A stretch of 64,000 bases of DNA, taken from contig NC_087436.1 in assembly GCF_036321535.1 (NCBI RefSeq), positions 13,268,001-13,332,000 on the forward strand. Direction: 5' to 3'. Source of the stretch: Camelus dromedarius. Its lineage: Eukaryota. Numbering within the stretch: position 1 is the first letter of the stretch; the number at the start of each line of letters is the position of its first letter. Shown here piece after piece: positions 11,646-25,782 of this stretch. The position numbers and the translations under genes are program-made. The notes beneath the pieces are model-generated. The model saw only the letters and a program-made list of their open reading frames with translations, made no database searches and was not told the DNA's origin.

Positions 11646-14258
11646 CTTATCCCGATGACTGAAGTCCTCAGCTAATGAAGTGAATACACAGAATCAATGA
11701 ATAAATAAAAGAGAGTAATCCAGGAGTCTGCAACTGAAGCGAAGATAGGATTTCTTATCTGAACGAGTAGTCATGGAGAATGAGCTGCCCCACAGTCCAG
11801 CAACTGCCCTCTTCCCAGATCCTAGGGCAATGAGGCTTTTCTCTTTTGCAGAGCATCCCAGCTTCCCCAAAGCCCAGATCCAAGGAAGCTGCACCCTATA
11901 ACAAAACAGCACCACTAAAATACCAAAGACTTGCGTCCTGGCGAGGTCTTCACTGGGTGCAGTCAAAGGTCTGCCTGGGATATGGAACTGAGCAGGGTAT
12001 GGGTCCCAGAGCTCCCACAGAGGTGACCAGGAAGCAGCCACCTGGAGGCAGCAAAACTACAAAGGGAGTCCCAAGTAGGAGGCAGAGGAAATGGGCCAGA
12101 CAGTCCGAGGTCTGCACCAAGAGGTCAACATCAATGCAACTCAGGTAATGATGACCCTCGTTAATTCCTTGTTAGACCCTAAAGGAATCAACTTTGAAAA
12201 AGGGAATTCAGACCCCATCATAGACATGGTTTTAGCATCAACCTTTGGCGAAAAAAATATTGAAAGGCATCTTTCTTCACTGTGCTTCGCATAACACCCA
12301 CACAGCTCTAGATTTTTGGAACTCTTAACATAACCTTCGAATCTCTTGGCAGCAACCCTGAAATTCCACAGCTTTGTCTAACACCCCAAGCACCAGGCTT
12401 CCATGTGCTAGAAGTCCCAGCTTGCCGTGTGAAACCACTGTCTCCAGGCAGTTTGCAGTGATGACTGACGGCACTGACAACGATATAAGTCTAGAAGCCA
12501 AAAGCTGAGGCTCTGCAAAGAGGATCACATTCTCGACTCCAGGCCAATTGCTTTCCCAGGCTATGAAATTTGGATTGTGCCACTTGAAAGATGTTTTTTC
12601 CACACCGGACTCAAGAGAGGGTCCTTTAGAATAGTTCACTTGGTCTTCACAGCCACTTTGGGTAATTTTGGAGCATCACAACTAATAAAAATTCACTGAA
12701 TTTTGTATGACTTGGTGACAACGTTATTGGATAGGTTCTTATTTTTTCTAAACTGTCTTTATAAGATTTTCCCCCTGCATTTTGTGGGATCTCTAAGATG
12801 ATACTGAATTTTAAAAGATACTTCGTCTTGCCTCGTTTTGTGGTGTTGTTGCCATCAGGTGGTTTGACTTGGTTTTGCTTTAGGTCGAGCTTGCTTGGGA
12901 AAGAAGAGCTACAACAGAAGTCTTCCACCCGACTCCAAGTTCTGAGCTGCGAAAGCTTGTGTTTTAGTCTCTACCCTGACAGAGAAGGGGCAGCTGAGAG
13001 GTTAAGGACCTAACCAATGTCACCCATTGGTTGGTGGCTGAGCCAGGGATGGGATTCAGCTCCCCAGCAAGACTCTCATTAAAACATACACTATCGGAGT
13101 TGCCCGGAAGCAAAGTTTGGTCCACATGGCTTCCACCGAAAGAGACAGAATCGTAGCAGATATTAAAACCCCTCTTCCCTAAAATGCTATGAGATTCCCA
13201 GGGGCTTATGAGGAGCCTGGAATTGGGGCAAGGGGCATAGATCTTAACTCACTGCTGTCCCTACAGTGGGCAGCTGGTGAGGCTGAGTCCTCCTCTGTCT
13301 GGCAGACACTGCTGCTCCAGGTGACTTCTGAGACGTTCCTCCCCAAATTCTACTACATGAGCCAAGAGACCCAGAGACCTTCATGCATTTCTGCATCAGT
13401 ATCCTTTGGCTCCACAGCACACCCACAGGGACCACACCCCATGCCCATCTCTACGCAGTCCCTGGGAAGGCACTCCTCTCTCTGCCTCCAGATTCGCTGC
13501 TTCCTTCAGCTCCCAGTACTGGTCTCCATCTCTTATCAGGGCTGAGACAATCCAGCATAATTTCCATGAAGAGGCCAAGAATGCAAAAGCTATTTATTTG
13601 TTTCCTGGAAGTTGTGTAAATCACGGCCAGCAGTATTGGCCTGATTGTAAAAAGAAAAGACACACTGGTCTCTTCTGATATCTTATAAATCACTGTTCTC
13701 AAAAGTCCTGGGGAGAAGGACTTAACAAGGAGAAGGCGCTCTGGGGGGCCCACAGCTCCCTTGCCTCATCTCAGTTGGCAGAAATCTCCCCATGTTCGTG
13801 TCCCCAGAAGCCTTTGCAGGCCCCCTCCACCCTACATGTGTTAAACCTTTCACTAAGTATCTGTAGCCCTGGGCTTTAGTGATATCTGCTCAGTACTGTA
13901 AAAGTCCCTCAGTGCAGAAGCGCAGCCCACCCTGAACAGCTCTAAGAAATGAGGGAGAAGGGGAAAACATTGGAAGGATAAACACAGATTGATATTTATT
14001 TAATTTATCCAGTCATATCTGGATAATGCTTACAAGGAGGACAGATTCTTGTGCATTAAAGGGAAGATGATTGGAAAGCATTACTTACCCCAGAGCTTTT
14101 GATTGCTTTATGTTAAATAATATTTTTAAATTATCAGCTCCAAGGCCATAAAAAACACTTTCTTTTTTCTACTTGCATTAAAAATAAGGCCCAACTTCTT
14201 TTTTTAAAGTTCCTGCTTTATTAAATAAAAGACTTCATGGATCTGTTTCCTTCCCTCC

Positions 14259-14714
14259 TGTATGACTTTCCTGGGGCTTCCGTAACAAATTACCACAAAC
14301 TTCGTGGCTTAAAACAAAACAAATTTATTGTTTTACAGCTGTGGAGGTCAGAATTCATAAAATCAAGGTGTCAGAAGGACTGTGTTCCTTCTGGAGGCTC
14401 TAAGGGAGAATCTGTTTCCTTGCCTTTCCAGCTTCTAGAAGCTTCTTGGTTCTCAGCCCCTTCCTGACCTCACTCCTCTCGTCATCTCTGCTTCCGTCTT
14501 CACTTCCCCTCCTCTGACTCTGACTCTCCAACCTCTCTGTTTCACTTATAAGGACCCTTGTGATCACACTGGGTCCACCTGGATAACCCAATATAATCTC
14601 CCCGCCCCAAGAGCCGTAGCTTAATCACATCTGCAAAGGTCCTTTTGTCGAGTCAGGTAACATACAAGTTCTGGAGATAAGAACATCAATGGGGACCAAT
14701 ATTCAGCCTACCAC
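14259..14714 (-). mobile_element. MaLR LTR (MLT1C/D-like)
   Basis: GTAACAAATTACCACAAACT..GGCTTAAAACAA, GGAGGCTCTAAGGGAGAATC, TTAATCACATCTGCAAAG, ATTCAGCCTACCACA. Confidence 0.9.
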
Positions 14715-15205
14715 ATCCCTCAGCCACTTGGACCTCATTGTGGCCTCCTTGACCTTGTACTCACTCCTTTCCTGCCACCTGGACCCCTGGCCCTTGCTAT
14801 CAGGCCAGACACCAGAGCCGCCCCTGGCCATTCCCTCTACTGGGCAGCCCTTACCACTCCTTCTGCTCCTCCAGACCTTTACCCAAACATCACCTACATC
14901 ACCTTCTCAACAAGCCCTCTTCCATCCACCTTATTTATAGGTTCGGCATCCTCCCTCCTCTCCAGACACTTGCTATCCCTTTGCCTAATTTATTTTTCCC
15001 CATGGTAATCACCACCATCTAACATGCTGTGTATTTCACTCATCGACTTTTTTCTTATCTTGCCTCTTTTACTCCTCCCAAATGTGGGCTCCATGATGGC
15101 ATGAATTTCTTTCTTTCTTTTTTTCTTTTTTCCTTATGAATCTTTTGGACTTAAAAAAGTACCTAGCACATAATAAGCCTTCAATAAATATTGGCTAAAT
15201 AAATC
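14715..15205 (+). mobile_element. L2 3' fragment
   Basis: Pyrimidine-rich body ending CCTAGCACATAATAAGCCTTCAATAAATATTGGCTAAATAAAT. Confidence 0.7.
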
Positions 15206-16047
15206 TGGCTGGGTCATTTCTTAGAGAACCTCCCAAGTCAGTATCTTTAAGTTTTCATGTTGGGCTGGTTAGACTCCCAATAAGACACTTTTCCTAATTT
15301 TTGCAGAGTGGCCAAGGCCCAGCTGCCCGGTGAGTTCTGGGAGGTGATTGGAGGAAGAGAGCTGAGTCCTTGCTATCCAGCACACATACTTTCACTTGAT
15401 CCTCAATTTGTGCCAGATAACCTCCAATTTACTCACCCTAGGAACCTCCAGTTCATGGTTAGGTAAAGGGAGCGAGGTCTCCAGGCTGAGTGGAGTAGGA
15501 AAAGGGACTCAGTGTCAACTGCTCTTTAAATAGACTTCCAACCAGTCCTTCCTATTTCAGATGCATTGCACCCTCACTCCCAGAGATACTAGTTGCCGTT
15601 GGCTCCTAAGGCTCTGGAGAACTCTGCAGCAGAGGTGGTGTTGATTCCTGGGTTTCCATGTTATCCATTATCCTTCACTTTTCTTTAAATCCTTTACCAC
15701 TCATTCAATTGCTTTCCAGCCTCCTAGGTTTTATTGCTGTTGTCGCCTCTTTGTTTTTCCTTCCTTGCGTGTTTACATGTTGAACAAATACTTTTAATGT
15801 TATTTTATTTGAGTTTTAGGAGGTGGTAAAAGTAGATGTACATCTATCCCCTCATCCTTATTAGAAATGCTCCATGTTTTTCTACCATTTTGGGGTTTTG
15901 GGTCTATACATGGATCTACTGTGTGTTCTATGCATGTTTATTGAGTTCTTCTCTTAAATTTTAGTATAAATCATGTTCAAAATCACACCCAAGTTGGGAT
16001 TAGGCAAATTTCCATTTATTGAATATTACATTTTAAAATTTATCTGA

Positions 16048-16150
16048 CTTAATCCTGTGAGGTAGGCAAGGATCTAAGACCCGAAGAATTAGGTAACAAC
16101 GTGCCTGAGATCAACACAGCTGGTCAGTGGTGGGCCCAGTTCTCAAACAT
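16048..16150 (-). mobile_element. MIR fragment
   Basis: CCTGTGAGGTAGG...GGTAACAACGTGCCTGAGATCAACACAGCTGGT. Confidence 0.55.
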
Positions 16151-18149
16151 GTATTCTGGCTTCTCAATCTATGTGATCTCTCCCTTCATCATTTTGCCTT
16201 TCTTTTTACAAAGAAAATACATGAGAAAAAAAGTGTTTCTTTGCATAAATGTGACACAGTTCAGAAAGTTTGCTGAAAAAAAAAAATAGGCATATTCTTG
16301 AACGTGAATCCTGAAAGCCTCTCCACTCTGGTCCCATGCAGGAAAGATGTTCTGCTGGCCCATCGGGATGGCCACATCCATCGTAATTTGTCTAGAACGG
16401 GATATCGGTGCTGACTATCCCACACAGGGGCCTACTGGTGATTTGCCTTAAGCTGAAAGTCTTCCCACTCGGTCTCTGTGGTCCTTCCTGGGTCTCAAAG
16501 CCTTCTGAAATCTCACAGATGCTCCCCCTGGTCCCCACGATGTTCTCACATCTTTGCTCCCTTAAGGAGATCCACACATATGTTTCCCATGACTGTGAGC
16601 TATGAGAAGTTGTCAGGGCCTTTCAATCACTCTAACGGCCTATAAAAGCTTGCTATATTTTCAGTTTGACTAAATATTTCTATAATTCAAAAATTATGGA
16701 AACGGATAATGTTTCTGTTCTTTGGGAATATATTTAACAGCTGTGCGTGTACCAGATGCAAATGAATATACAGAAATCAATTGTGCATTTTATAGACTAC
16801 ATATCATATTAACTGCCTTCCCCTTCAGACACCTCGGGCCATGCCCCTGCCAGAATGTGGGAGATGCTGGAGCACTTTACAAGGGGCAATTTGTCTCTTA
16901 AAGGGGTGAGGTCCCATCCAAGCAGCCTGGATACAAGTACAAGTCCTCCTGCCTAAGCCAGTGCTTCTCAAACTGAGGGACAACGTGTTAAAGGCGGTAC
17001 TGCATTCGGCAGTGCTGGGTATGGGGTTAAGCTGCTAACCTGATTTAACTCCAGTTTCCAAAGCTCTAAAGTGGAGATATTCACCTGGCAGAGTTTATTC
17101 AGGACTAAATGCGCTAAATTAGGATCCTGACAAAAAGACCAGGGACTATGGAGTGGATAGTGGTCACACTTTCAATGGCTCAACCCCTGAATCAGAAGCT
17201 GAAAAGGCCAGTTTAGTGCTTCCTAACCACTGACAGCTACTCTGCAGGCACAGGACTTAAAAATGGTCCAGTTGGTTATCACAGCCTAAGGCTTTGAATC
17301 TGAAGCAAATATTACGAAAAAGAAGGCAATTTCACAAGCCTCCTTGGTGGATCGGGGCCTCCAGGGTCCAACTGTGGCTGCAGGGTGGACTCCAGTGTGG
17401 GCCAGCAGGGGCTATGGCAGATGGCCCAGCCGTTTCTCCATGCATCCTTTCTTGTTTCCTGTTCCACTTCTGAATCGGTTTCTCTGGCCTTCCCACTATT
17501 CTGTGAACTACCCAAGAGCCCTCTAGGGAACTCACTTATGGCATCAGATAGCTTAAAATAGATAAATTCCCATGTTTATAATTAAGAACACTGGGTGTTA
17601 TGATACACGATTTTAATTGCTTTCTGCCTTTCTAGAATTTGGGATGCAACTGTCGTGTGCATCACAGGAAAGTTCCAAGTACATTACGGAGATCAGAGCA
17701 GCGATTTCCAGAAAGCTGCTTGGTAGGAACCAAGCATAGACCCCAGGATCTGGTTTACCTCCTCAGAGTCTCCATTCTGCCTTATCTCTCACATTCGCAA
17801 TTATCCAGCTCCTAAAGGCAGGAACCAGGCTGGGAATGGAGTCGTGAACAATCAGAAGGGTTAACAAGTCAACTGTTGGGGTTGCTTGGAGCAAACTATA
17901 ACTCGGGGCTTTTTTGTAAGGATCCTTTGGCTAGTAAGGATTTGGGGGAACACTCAGGATATTATGGAAAGGAAAACTTCAGTTCCTGTGGCCGGATGTC
18001 CCAGAGAAATCTCCGCAGAAGAGCTGCAGTCCTGCAGCAAGCCCTCTGATTCCCCAGAGAGGTAAGCAAGAATTCACTGGGTGAATTCACTCAGCCAGGG
18101 TTTAGAACCATGCCTCACAGGAAGAGAAGATACATACTTCAGTTCTACA

Positions 18150-18375
18150 CCAGCCTGCCTGGATCTAATCCCAGCTCTGCCTCCTGCTAGCGGTGGGACT
18201 TTGCGCAAGTTTCTAAAGATCTCAGTGTCTGAATTTCCACATCTGTGAAATCCCGGTAATAATAGCACCTATTCCATTAAGTCCTTATGGAGATTCAGTA
18301 AGTCACAACATCTCAAATGCTTCGAATAGGGTCCAGCACAGCACAGGCACTTAATATATCATAGTTATTATCGTC
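18150..18375 (+). mobile_element. MIR
   Basis: AATCCCAGCTCTGCC..CTCAGT..TTTCCACATCTGTGAAAT..TAATAATAGCACCT. Confidence 0.8.
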
Positions 18376-18529
18376 AAAAATTGCTAGCTGCCCCAAAAAA
18401 TGGTGCTTGAAGACTGAGACACTATGTAACTAAAGTTACCTTACAAGATGACTGTCAAGTGATGACTTTACCAGAATCACTAATGGTTTTATAATGGCTG
18501 GCATCTTACAAAGAACTTCTTTACATAGA

Positions 18530-18900
18530 GAGCAGCGGTTAAGGGCCCAGTCATGACATCAGAAGAACTTGGGTTCAGAACCTAATCTGTGACTTCACGG
18601 CAGGGTGAATTTGAGTAACTTCCCAGATCCTTGGTTTACCATCTCTGGTATAAAGTTAATGAGACCTACTTCTTGGGGCTATATTGAGGATTAAATTAGA
18701 TACAGCTTAGTTCTGTACCGACACATGGAAAATACCCAGTGATTATTGTCATCCTCCCAACAACTCTGCGAGGCAGTATCTTTTTGATTCTAATTTTCTA
18801 GATGAGGAACCTAAGGCTAAAAAGAGAATCAGTAACTCCTCCAGCATCACGTGACCCAGAAGAGGCCGAAGAAAGATTTCAAATCCTACAAGTTTCACCT
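18530..18900. mobile_element. Two adjacent MIR fragments in opposite orientation
   Basis: GCGGTTAAGGGC..TGGGTTCAGAACCT..TGAGGATTAAATTAGAT (+), then CAACAACTCTGCGAGG..TTTTCTAGATGAGGAACCTAAGGCT (-). Confidence 0.65.
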
Positions 18901-21900
18901 AAACACATCCAGCCCTCCAAAACTTCTTCCTGATCCGATGGGATGGTGGATTTCATTTTTGGTGGGTGGACTGTCAGATTCTATCCGATTTTCTCAACTA
19001 GGGAAAGAAGTTTCTGGGATCCTCAGAATTATGCTAGCATCATTTCTCTCTCTCTCTCTCTGTGCCCTTTTAGTACTTAAAGTCAGACGATCCCATCTTG
19101 TAGGGCTGATGACTGGGGGTGAGGAGAGCAGGGAGTTTTCTCAGGTTCAGAGTAGAGAAAGGACAGCCTTTATCCCAAATTGCGTTTTGTCAAATTCTTG
19201 CCACGCATTTTTTTTCTTGCCTATGAGCTCTTTGGCTTTTTTTCTGACTGGGACACCTTTGCTACCTTCTCTCCCTTCTCTCTGTTCAACAGGATCATTT
19301 CAGGCCTGGAAACATGTCCGTTTCCAGAGTGAAGGGCCAGAGCTTCAGAGCCTGAAATTAAAAACACAGAGAAAATGCCCTATTCCGTCCATCAGAAAGA
19401 ACTTCATCTCCTTCAAACTCCCTTTCCCATACTTCATTTCTGCTCTTTTCCCTGAGTCGACCTGACAGAAAAATTATTTGGATGTGTTATGTGCTGTCAT
19501 CTCGGGCCAACAAACTGATGGTTTAATGCAAAATGACATGGCAGCCCAGGAATTTCATACTGGAACCCACCTCACACTAGAGTTGAAGGAACAAGTCATC
19601 CCACCTGGGAATTTTAAGTAACAGCTTGGCATCACCCTAATCTGGTCATTGATTTCTTAGTGAGAAGGTACCAGCCCTGGAAAGCACAGGGGCTGGGAGG
19701 GCTGGGCGGCAGGATATACATTCTCGTGGCCCTAAAGACAAGGCTCTTCCCGCCAAAGGAGGGGAGCCTTCTCCAGTGGAAACAAATTTCTCTGTCTCTT
19801 CCCCTCCCTACTTGCTCCCTCTCTCTCAACCCACAAAAATGCTCAAAAGAACTAGAAACATCCAGCAACTCAAAAACAATGCTGGGAGTCAATTTATTAT
19901 TCTGCTTTTAGGCTTACTTGCTTGCCAAGGGAAATTGTCTGATATAAAGTCATTGAGTCATCATAGCCCAGCCAAAGGAAAGCCTCTTGCTTCGGGCAAA
20001 GTGTCGAGAACCTGATGTTGTGTGACTCTGAGTAAGTCACTTGACCTCTCCATCTGGGAAAATAGGTGGTGGGTGGAGAAGAAGGGTTGGATAATTTAGT
20101 ATTTGATGATGTGCACGCTTTATGGACCTCAGCTTGGGAAATTTGGGCTGCCCCCTGAGAAAGAACTAATGAGGAACTCTTCTAAAAGTCTGCCCTCAGA
20201 AGTAGCATGATTATTAGTTTATATGGAGAAACTACATTAGATCTAAGGACCTGAGGACATGACAACTAATGAGGTGGGAAAATCAATACGATTCCAAGTA
20301 AACTTAGAGTTGGAAGCTTGTGGGGATCTCTGTCTATCCCTTCCTTCTTCTGAGGTGGAGCCTGAAGTCCACGGAGGCCAAGGTTAGAAAGCCCTGAGCT
20401 CTTCCAATTGGCTGGAGGCCAGGGGCTGTCTCCCAATCACCTGGTTAGGATAACTCAGCTCATGAACTGTAGTTCCAGACACTTTCTGGCAAACAGAATC
20501 CCAGGAACAGAGTGAGGAATAGCTTCCCAGCATCACCTTTGAGATGTTCGATGCGACTGTCTCACTCACACATTTTTGTGGGTACAGAGGGAAAAACAAA
20601 AAGAGATCAACAGGACGTTTCTTTTTGGGAAATGGTCCTGATACTGAGCTGGGGCACCTGGGGACGAGCAGGTCTAGGGACGTTACTTGTTCATTTCATG
20701 TGACGTATTCTGCCTTTACCAAGAAACCTGCATTTATATTTTCCTTGAAATTTAGGGGAAAAAATGTTTGTGTCTCATGTAGTCTTATTTAATCATTCTT
20801 TTTCCCAATACAAGTAAAATGAACACACTCAACTATAAACACACTCATCTCTCCAGCCGCTGACCTAGCCTGATCTGTCTTCAGCTCTGAAAGTGCCAAC
20901 TTAAGGCCTGCGACAACTGTCTATGTCAACTGGCCTCAGTTACATTTTTGTACATAGTTAAATTATTTGTTTATTTAACTGGTGGCTGCATGGCTCACTG
21001 GGAGTGCTTATTATTTAAAAAGAAGTTAAACATCAACAAATAACTTTCTGAACTAAACAGTAATGCAAACACGAATAACATTTCCTGGGTTTGAGGGACT
21101 GGACTGAGCCGTCCTGAACGTGAGCTAGAGCCATCAGTTAGATACATTGACTACTGCCCGTCGACAGGCAACAAAAAAAGGAAAGTTCTATCGCATTTGA
21201 CAGAAGAAAAGGAAATTCACAGCTGAGCATGGGACGAAGGTACAAACTTCAGTGGAAAGACCACTTTCCAGAAACTATCCATTCTTTTCCTATGGGATTG
21301 GACACGAGCCAAATCAGCAGCTAAACCACAGACAACGTATTTTAATCCTATAAACCTTTAGACAAAGCAAATGTAAAAACATATTTTGGAGGAGAAAGAT
21401 TTCATTCTTTCTTCATTGTTTTAGCAGAAGACCACTAGAGAGCTTTCAACTCTGCCCCTTTTGAGCGCACTATTTTAATAAAGGACTGAGTTTATCTAAG
21501 TACCTAGCTTTAAAAAATGTGGTTACATGTATTTTGAAAACCAAGCCAAGAAATACAAGACCCATAAAATCCTGAAGCATATTAAGTGACGGTTCCTTTT
21601 TCCTAATCCACCACCACAAATATCAATTAAATGTAATTATATTAAATAGGTTCCCCTGAGAGGCAAATAAAGATTTGCCAGAACAGAAACTGCAACCCAG
21701 GTGAACAATATATAATTTTCTTGAGTACACAGACAAATACACATGGTATTCTCCAGGATGTAATGTAACAAATGTGTGTTTACTGTAACATATACACGTT
21801 TTTTTCCCTTCGCTACCAAATGGCAGAGGGCCAAAAAATACAAATTAAAATATATGAGTTTTTCTTTCTCTTTTCTTGGATGAGGGAATAAATATTGCAT

Positions 21901-23402
21901 TTTATATTAATAACTGCTAATTAAAAGGCTATTAGTCAGAGACAATAATAAATAATGAACTCTACAAGAAGCAAATGCCAGAAATAACCTTGCAGGTTTT
22001 GGCCAAAAAAAAATTGGAAAACTTATTAAAACAACTATTTTTCTTATTAAAAACAAATGTTTTACTGAGCTTACAATGAGAGGAAGAAATGAATCTATAA
22101 ATAGGAAGATAAAACAGGGAGGATAAAAAAGTATTTTCCTATTTTTAGGAGCTAACTAATCCACTCCTGCTCCCATGGAAGCAAAAGAACAAGGGAGAGG
22201 TGGGGCAGAGGGCCGAGGTGAAAAGCAGCTTTTCCGATATGAAAAGAAGCCACCCCAGCAATGTTTGAATTCAAGGATCTCAAGGACTAGTTCTCAGGAA
22301 AGCCTTTTTCTCCCCCCGCAGGAAAAATGAGCGAACGCCATGCTGTGTTCCTTTTCACGACATGAGATATAACGTTTGAAATCTTCTGTCAGATGTTTTT
22401 AGGGATGGAATTTTAATTCATTCTCGGTGTCCAATGGAAAACCTTGAAAAATAAGCAATTTAAGATTGAAGGTGCTGATATGTCCAGTATTTTTCGTCAC
22501 TGCCCTTTTTATAAAGTAATAAAAGAATTATCTAAAAACAGAATCTTGGGAGGCCAGGCATTCTCGTTTTCCTATGGCTCGCTCTCTTCAGATTGGCGCC
22601 CCCATCCCTCTGCATCACCTCCATACTGACTTTCATAGTGAGAATACTCCAATTTCAGGTCTCAGAAAAAGCAGAAGTTGGGGTTTTTTGAATCTATTTG
22701 ATCCTCAGCTTTCCTAGCTGGAAAATATGAGAAATGGCCACCTTAGTGACCACCCTCCTAATATTTGTGATTCTGTGATTTCCTGTAAAGGTGGCAAATG
22801 ATATGAACTCAAGGCATGGCTTGTCCTGATGAGACAGAGGCTGCTGAGTAAGTGGCCGTCTGCTCATTCCTTCCTCCTCGGACTCCAGGGTCAGCTCCGT
22901 CTCTCACCAGGATGCCCCCCAGGCTGCCTAGAAAGACCCCTTAGGAGCTGGGGTAGCCTGGTTCTGCCGAGCTAATGCTTGGAGAGCGCAAGGACCAGAA
23001 GAGGTGTGCTCCCACTACCGGCAAGGTGGCCGCCCCTCTCGCCCACAGAGATCCCCCACGGAGGCCGGGATCCCCTCTGCTCCTCCAGACTCCTCCTCGC
23101 TCCCTCACACTACTGCCTGCTCGGCACCCCGCCTTGCCCCACCGGCAACACCCTTAACTCTTAGTTCCCCGCGAATAATTTCTTTGTTGGGTGTTATTAT
23201 AGGTGTGACTAAACCCCAAGCTTCCTGTTCTGCCTTGTGACTCTTAGCAGCCTCTTCAACAGTGGTTGGTGAGTTTTTGCTTTTCTCTTCTGAGCTTTCT
23301 GCTGTCTGGACAGCCTGGAGCAGTGGGGGCGGGGGAGTGGGGGGGATGGGGGCGAGGGGATTCCCTCCTAGGACAGAAGAGGGGGGTGATAGAGTAGTTC
23401 TG

Positions 23403-23835
<433 letters not shown>

Positions 23836-23929
23836 TATTTGCTTTCCTAGAGGACCTTGGAGAGATTAATCACACTTTCTAGTTCATGTCACATTATCAA
23901 CAACTGGTCCCAGGAAGGCCACTCTCTTG

Positions 23930-24440
23930 TGTTATTATCCCTTTCCTCATTCTCTTCTGCTGTTTCCCTCCCCAAACCAGGAAACCATTCTAATGCTTGT
24001 TATGAATCCTCCTGTTTGAGTACGTGCTTACAAAATGCCCCAGGTACTTCTCTATACACGCTTCTCAATTTGTCGGAGTGCCATTATATTGCAGATCTCA
24101 TAATGTTTTTTTCAAAATATATTGTCACTCAGCCTCTCATATTGAATACTTTCCCTGGTGTTCTGCCAGCTTCACAGCACTTCCTGAAGTACATCCACAC
24201 GTCTCCTGGGTGGTAACTGCCTCCACGTACCTTCGACCACAATAAGCACTGCAGTGAACGCCCTTGCATGTGTCTGTTTAGGGCACTTGTGAGGATATGT
24301 TTGGGACACACACGCGGGAGCGGAGTGCCTTAATTTGACTGAATACTGCCAGATTGCCTTCCAGAAGGGCTATGCCAAGCCTCACTCCCACCTGGGGGGT
24401 AGGGGGGCATAAATGTTCCTCTATCCCCATCTCCCCCAAT
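23930..24440 (-). mobile_element. Ancient L1M fragment
   Basis: GCAGTGAACGCCCTTGCATGTGTC, TACTGCCAGATTGCCTTCCAGAAGGG, CACTCCCACC resemble antisense L1 ORF2 end/3'UTR. Confidence 0.6.
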
Positions 24441-24988
24441 GGATGTTACTTAATTAGGGATGATTATCATAATTTATAAAGTGAGAGGAAACTTCTTTAT
24501 AATCGCTGGTCCATTGCTCCCAAAAGTCTTCCCAAATTTCAAAAAGAATGGTGTCATCCATTTGGGTACATATTAGAGATTTTTTTAGAAAGAGTGTGAT
24601 AAAATGCAAAAAGAAAGGGGAAAAATTGCATTATCTTGGTCTAAATGGTCCCCAAATGTTTTTTTTTTTAACTAGGAAAAAAAATAAGTGACGTGTAAGG
24701 CTCCAGAAGAAATACATTAGGCTCTACTGGTAGTTTCAAAGATGTAGCTGGCAGATGAATCCACCTGGTCACCCTCTCATCCACTTGATCTTTAAACAGT
24801 TCCATCCTGAAAGCTTTCCCCATCCCTCAGCGCTGGTTAGGTGCATGTCTGTGCGTCAGAACAGCCTGTTTGCTTGTCTGTCTCCCTTGGGCTATCAAGC
24901 AAGTTCCACAAGTGCAGTGCCTCCTGCCTCATTCATTGCTGAACCCCACTGCTTAAAAAAGAGTCTAACCCATACTGGTCATTGAAAA

Positions 24989-25782
24989 GTAAGGGTTCTA
25001 CTTAGGGTTTTTCCCCCACGTGATCAAGCAATTCTTGTACCCCAGATGGGTGTCCCACAATTCAGTTCACTTCTGACACTCTACCTGGGGACGGCGTCAG
25101 ATCCCACAGGTTAAGGGCTCCTCCCACAGACTCCCACCCAACACACACACTTCAGCACCAATCTCAAGTCCAGGTTGTCCCTTGTCCTTCTGACCAACCA
25201 GCTATAGATCTGAGGTTTCAATGACTCCCTCTTTCAGTTCAATGAACTGGCTAGAGCCACTCATGTAACTTTGAGAAACATTTTACTTACTAGACCACCA
25301 GTTTATTATGGGAGGGTATCACTCAGGAACAGATAGGTGGAGAGACGCACAGGGCAAGGTATGGGGAAAGGGTGAGGAGCGTCCATGTTAACCAATCAGG
25401 AAGTTGTCAGCACATCGTACTTGTCCTGTTGAGGTCTTATGGAGGTAACGTTACATAACCATGATTGATTAAACCACTGGCCATTGGCAGCTGATTCAAC
25501 CTGCAGTCGCTCTCCACTCCCCAGAGTTTGAGGGTGGGGTTGAAAAGTCCAACCATGTAATTCCACAGTAGGGTGCCCTGGCTCTCAGGTCCCATCTTTA
25601 GGTTACCTGGATGCTTTCTAAAAGTCGTCTCATTAACGTGACAAAAGACATCTTAATTGTTCTCATCTCTTAGGAAATTTCAATGGTTTTAGGAGCTGTG
25701 TGCCAGAAATGAAAACAAAGACAAAATATATATATTTGGAATACATACATATATAGTCCTTATTGTAAATTACAACATCACA
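24989..25782 (-). mobile_element. MER21-like LTR inserted in an L2 relic
   Basis: CAATTCAGTTCACTTCTGACACT, CAGATCCCACAGGTTAAGGGCTC, GGTTTTAGGAGCTGTGTGCCAGAAA; same family as 9985-10401, opposite strand. Confidence 0.8.

Noticed and set aside
18851..19465. 204-aa single-exon ORF
   Set aside because: GTG start in a MIR, runs through a CT repeat and pyrimidine tract, no recognisable domain
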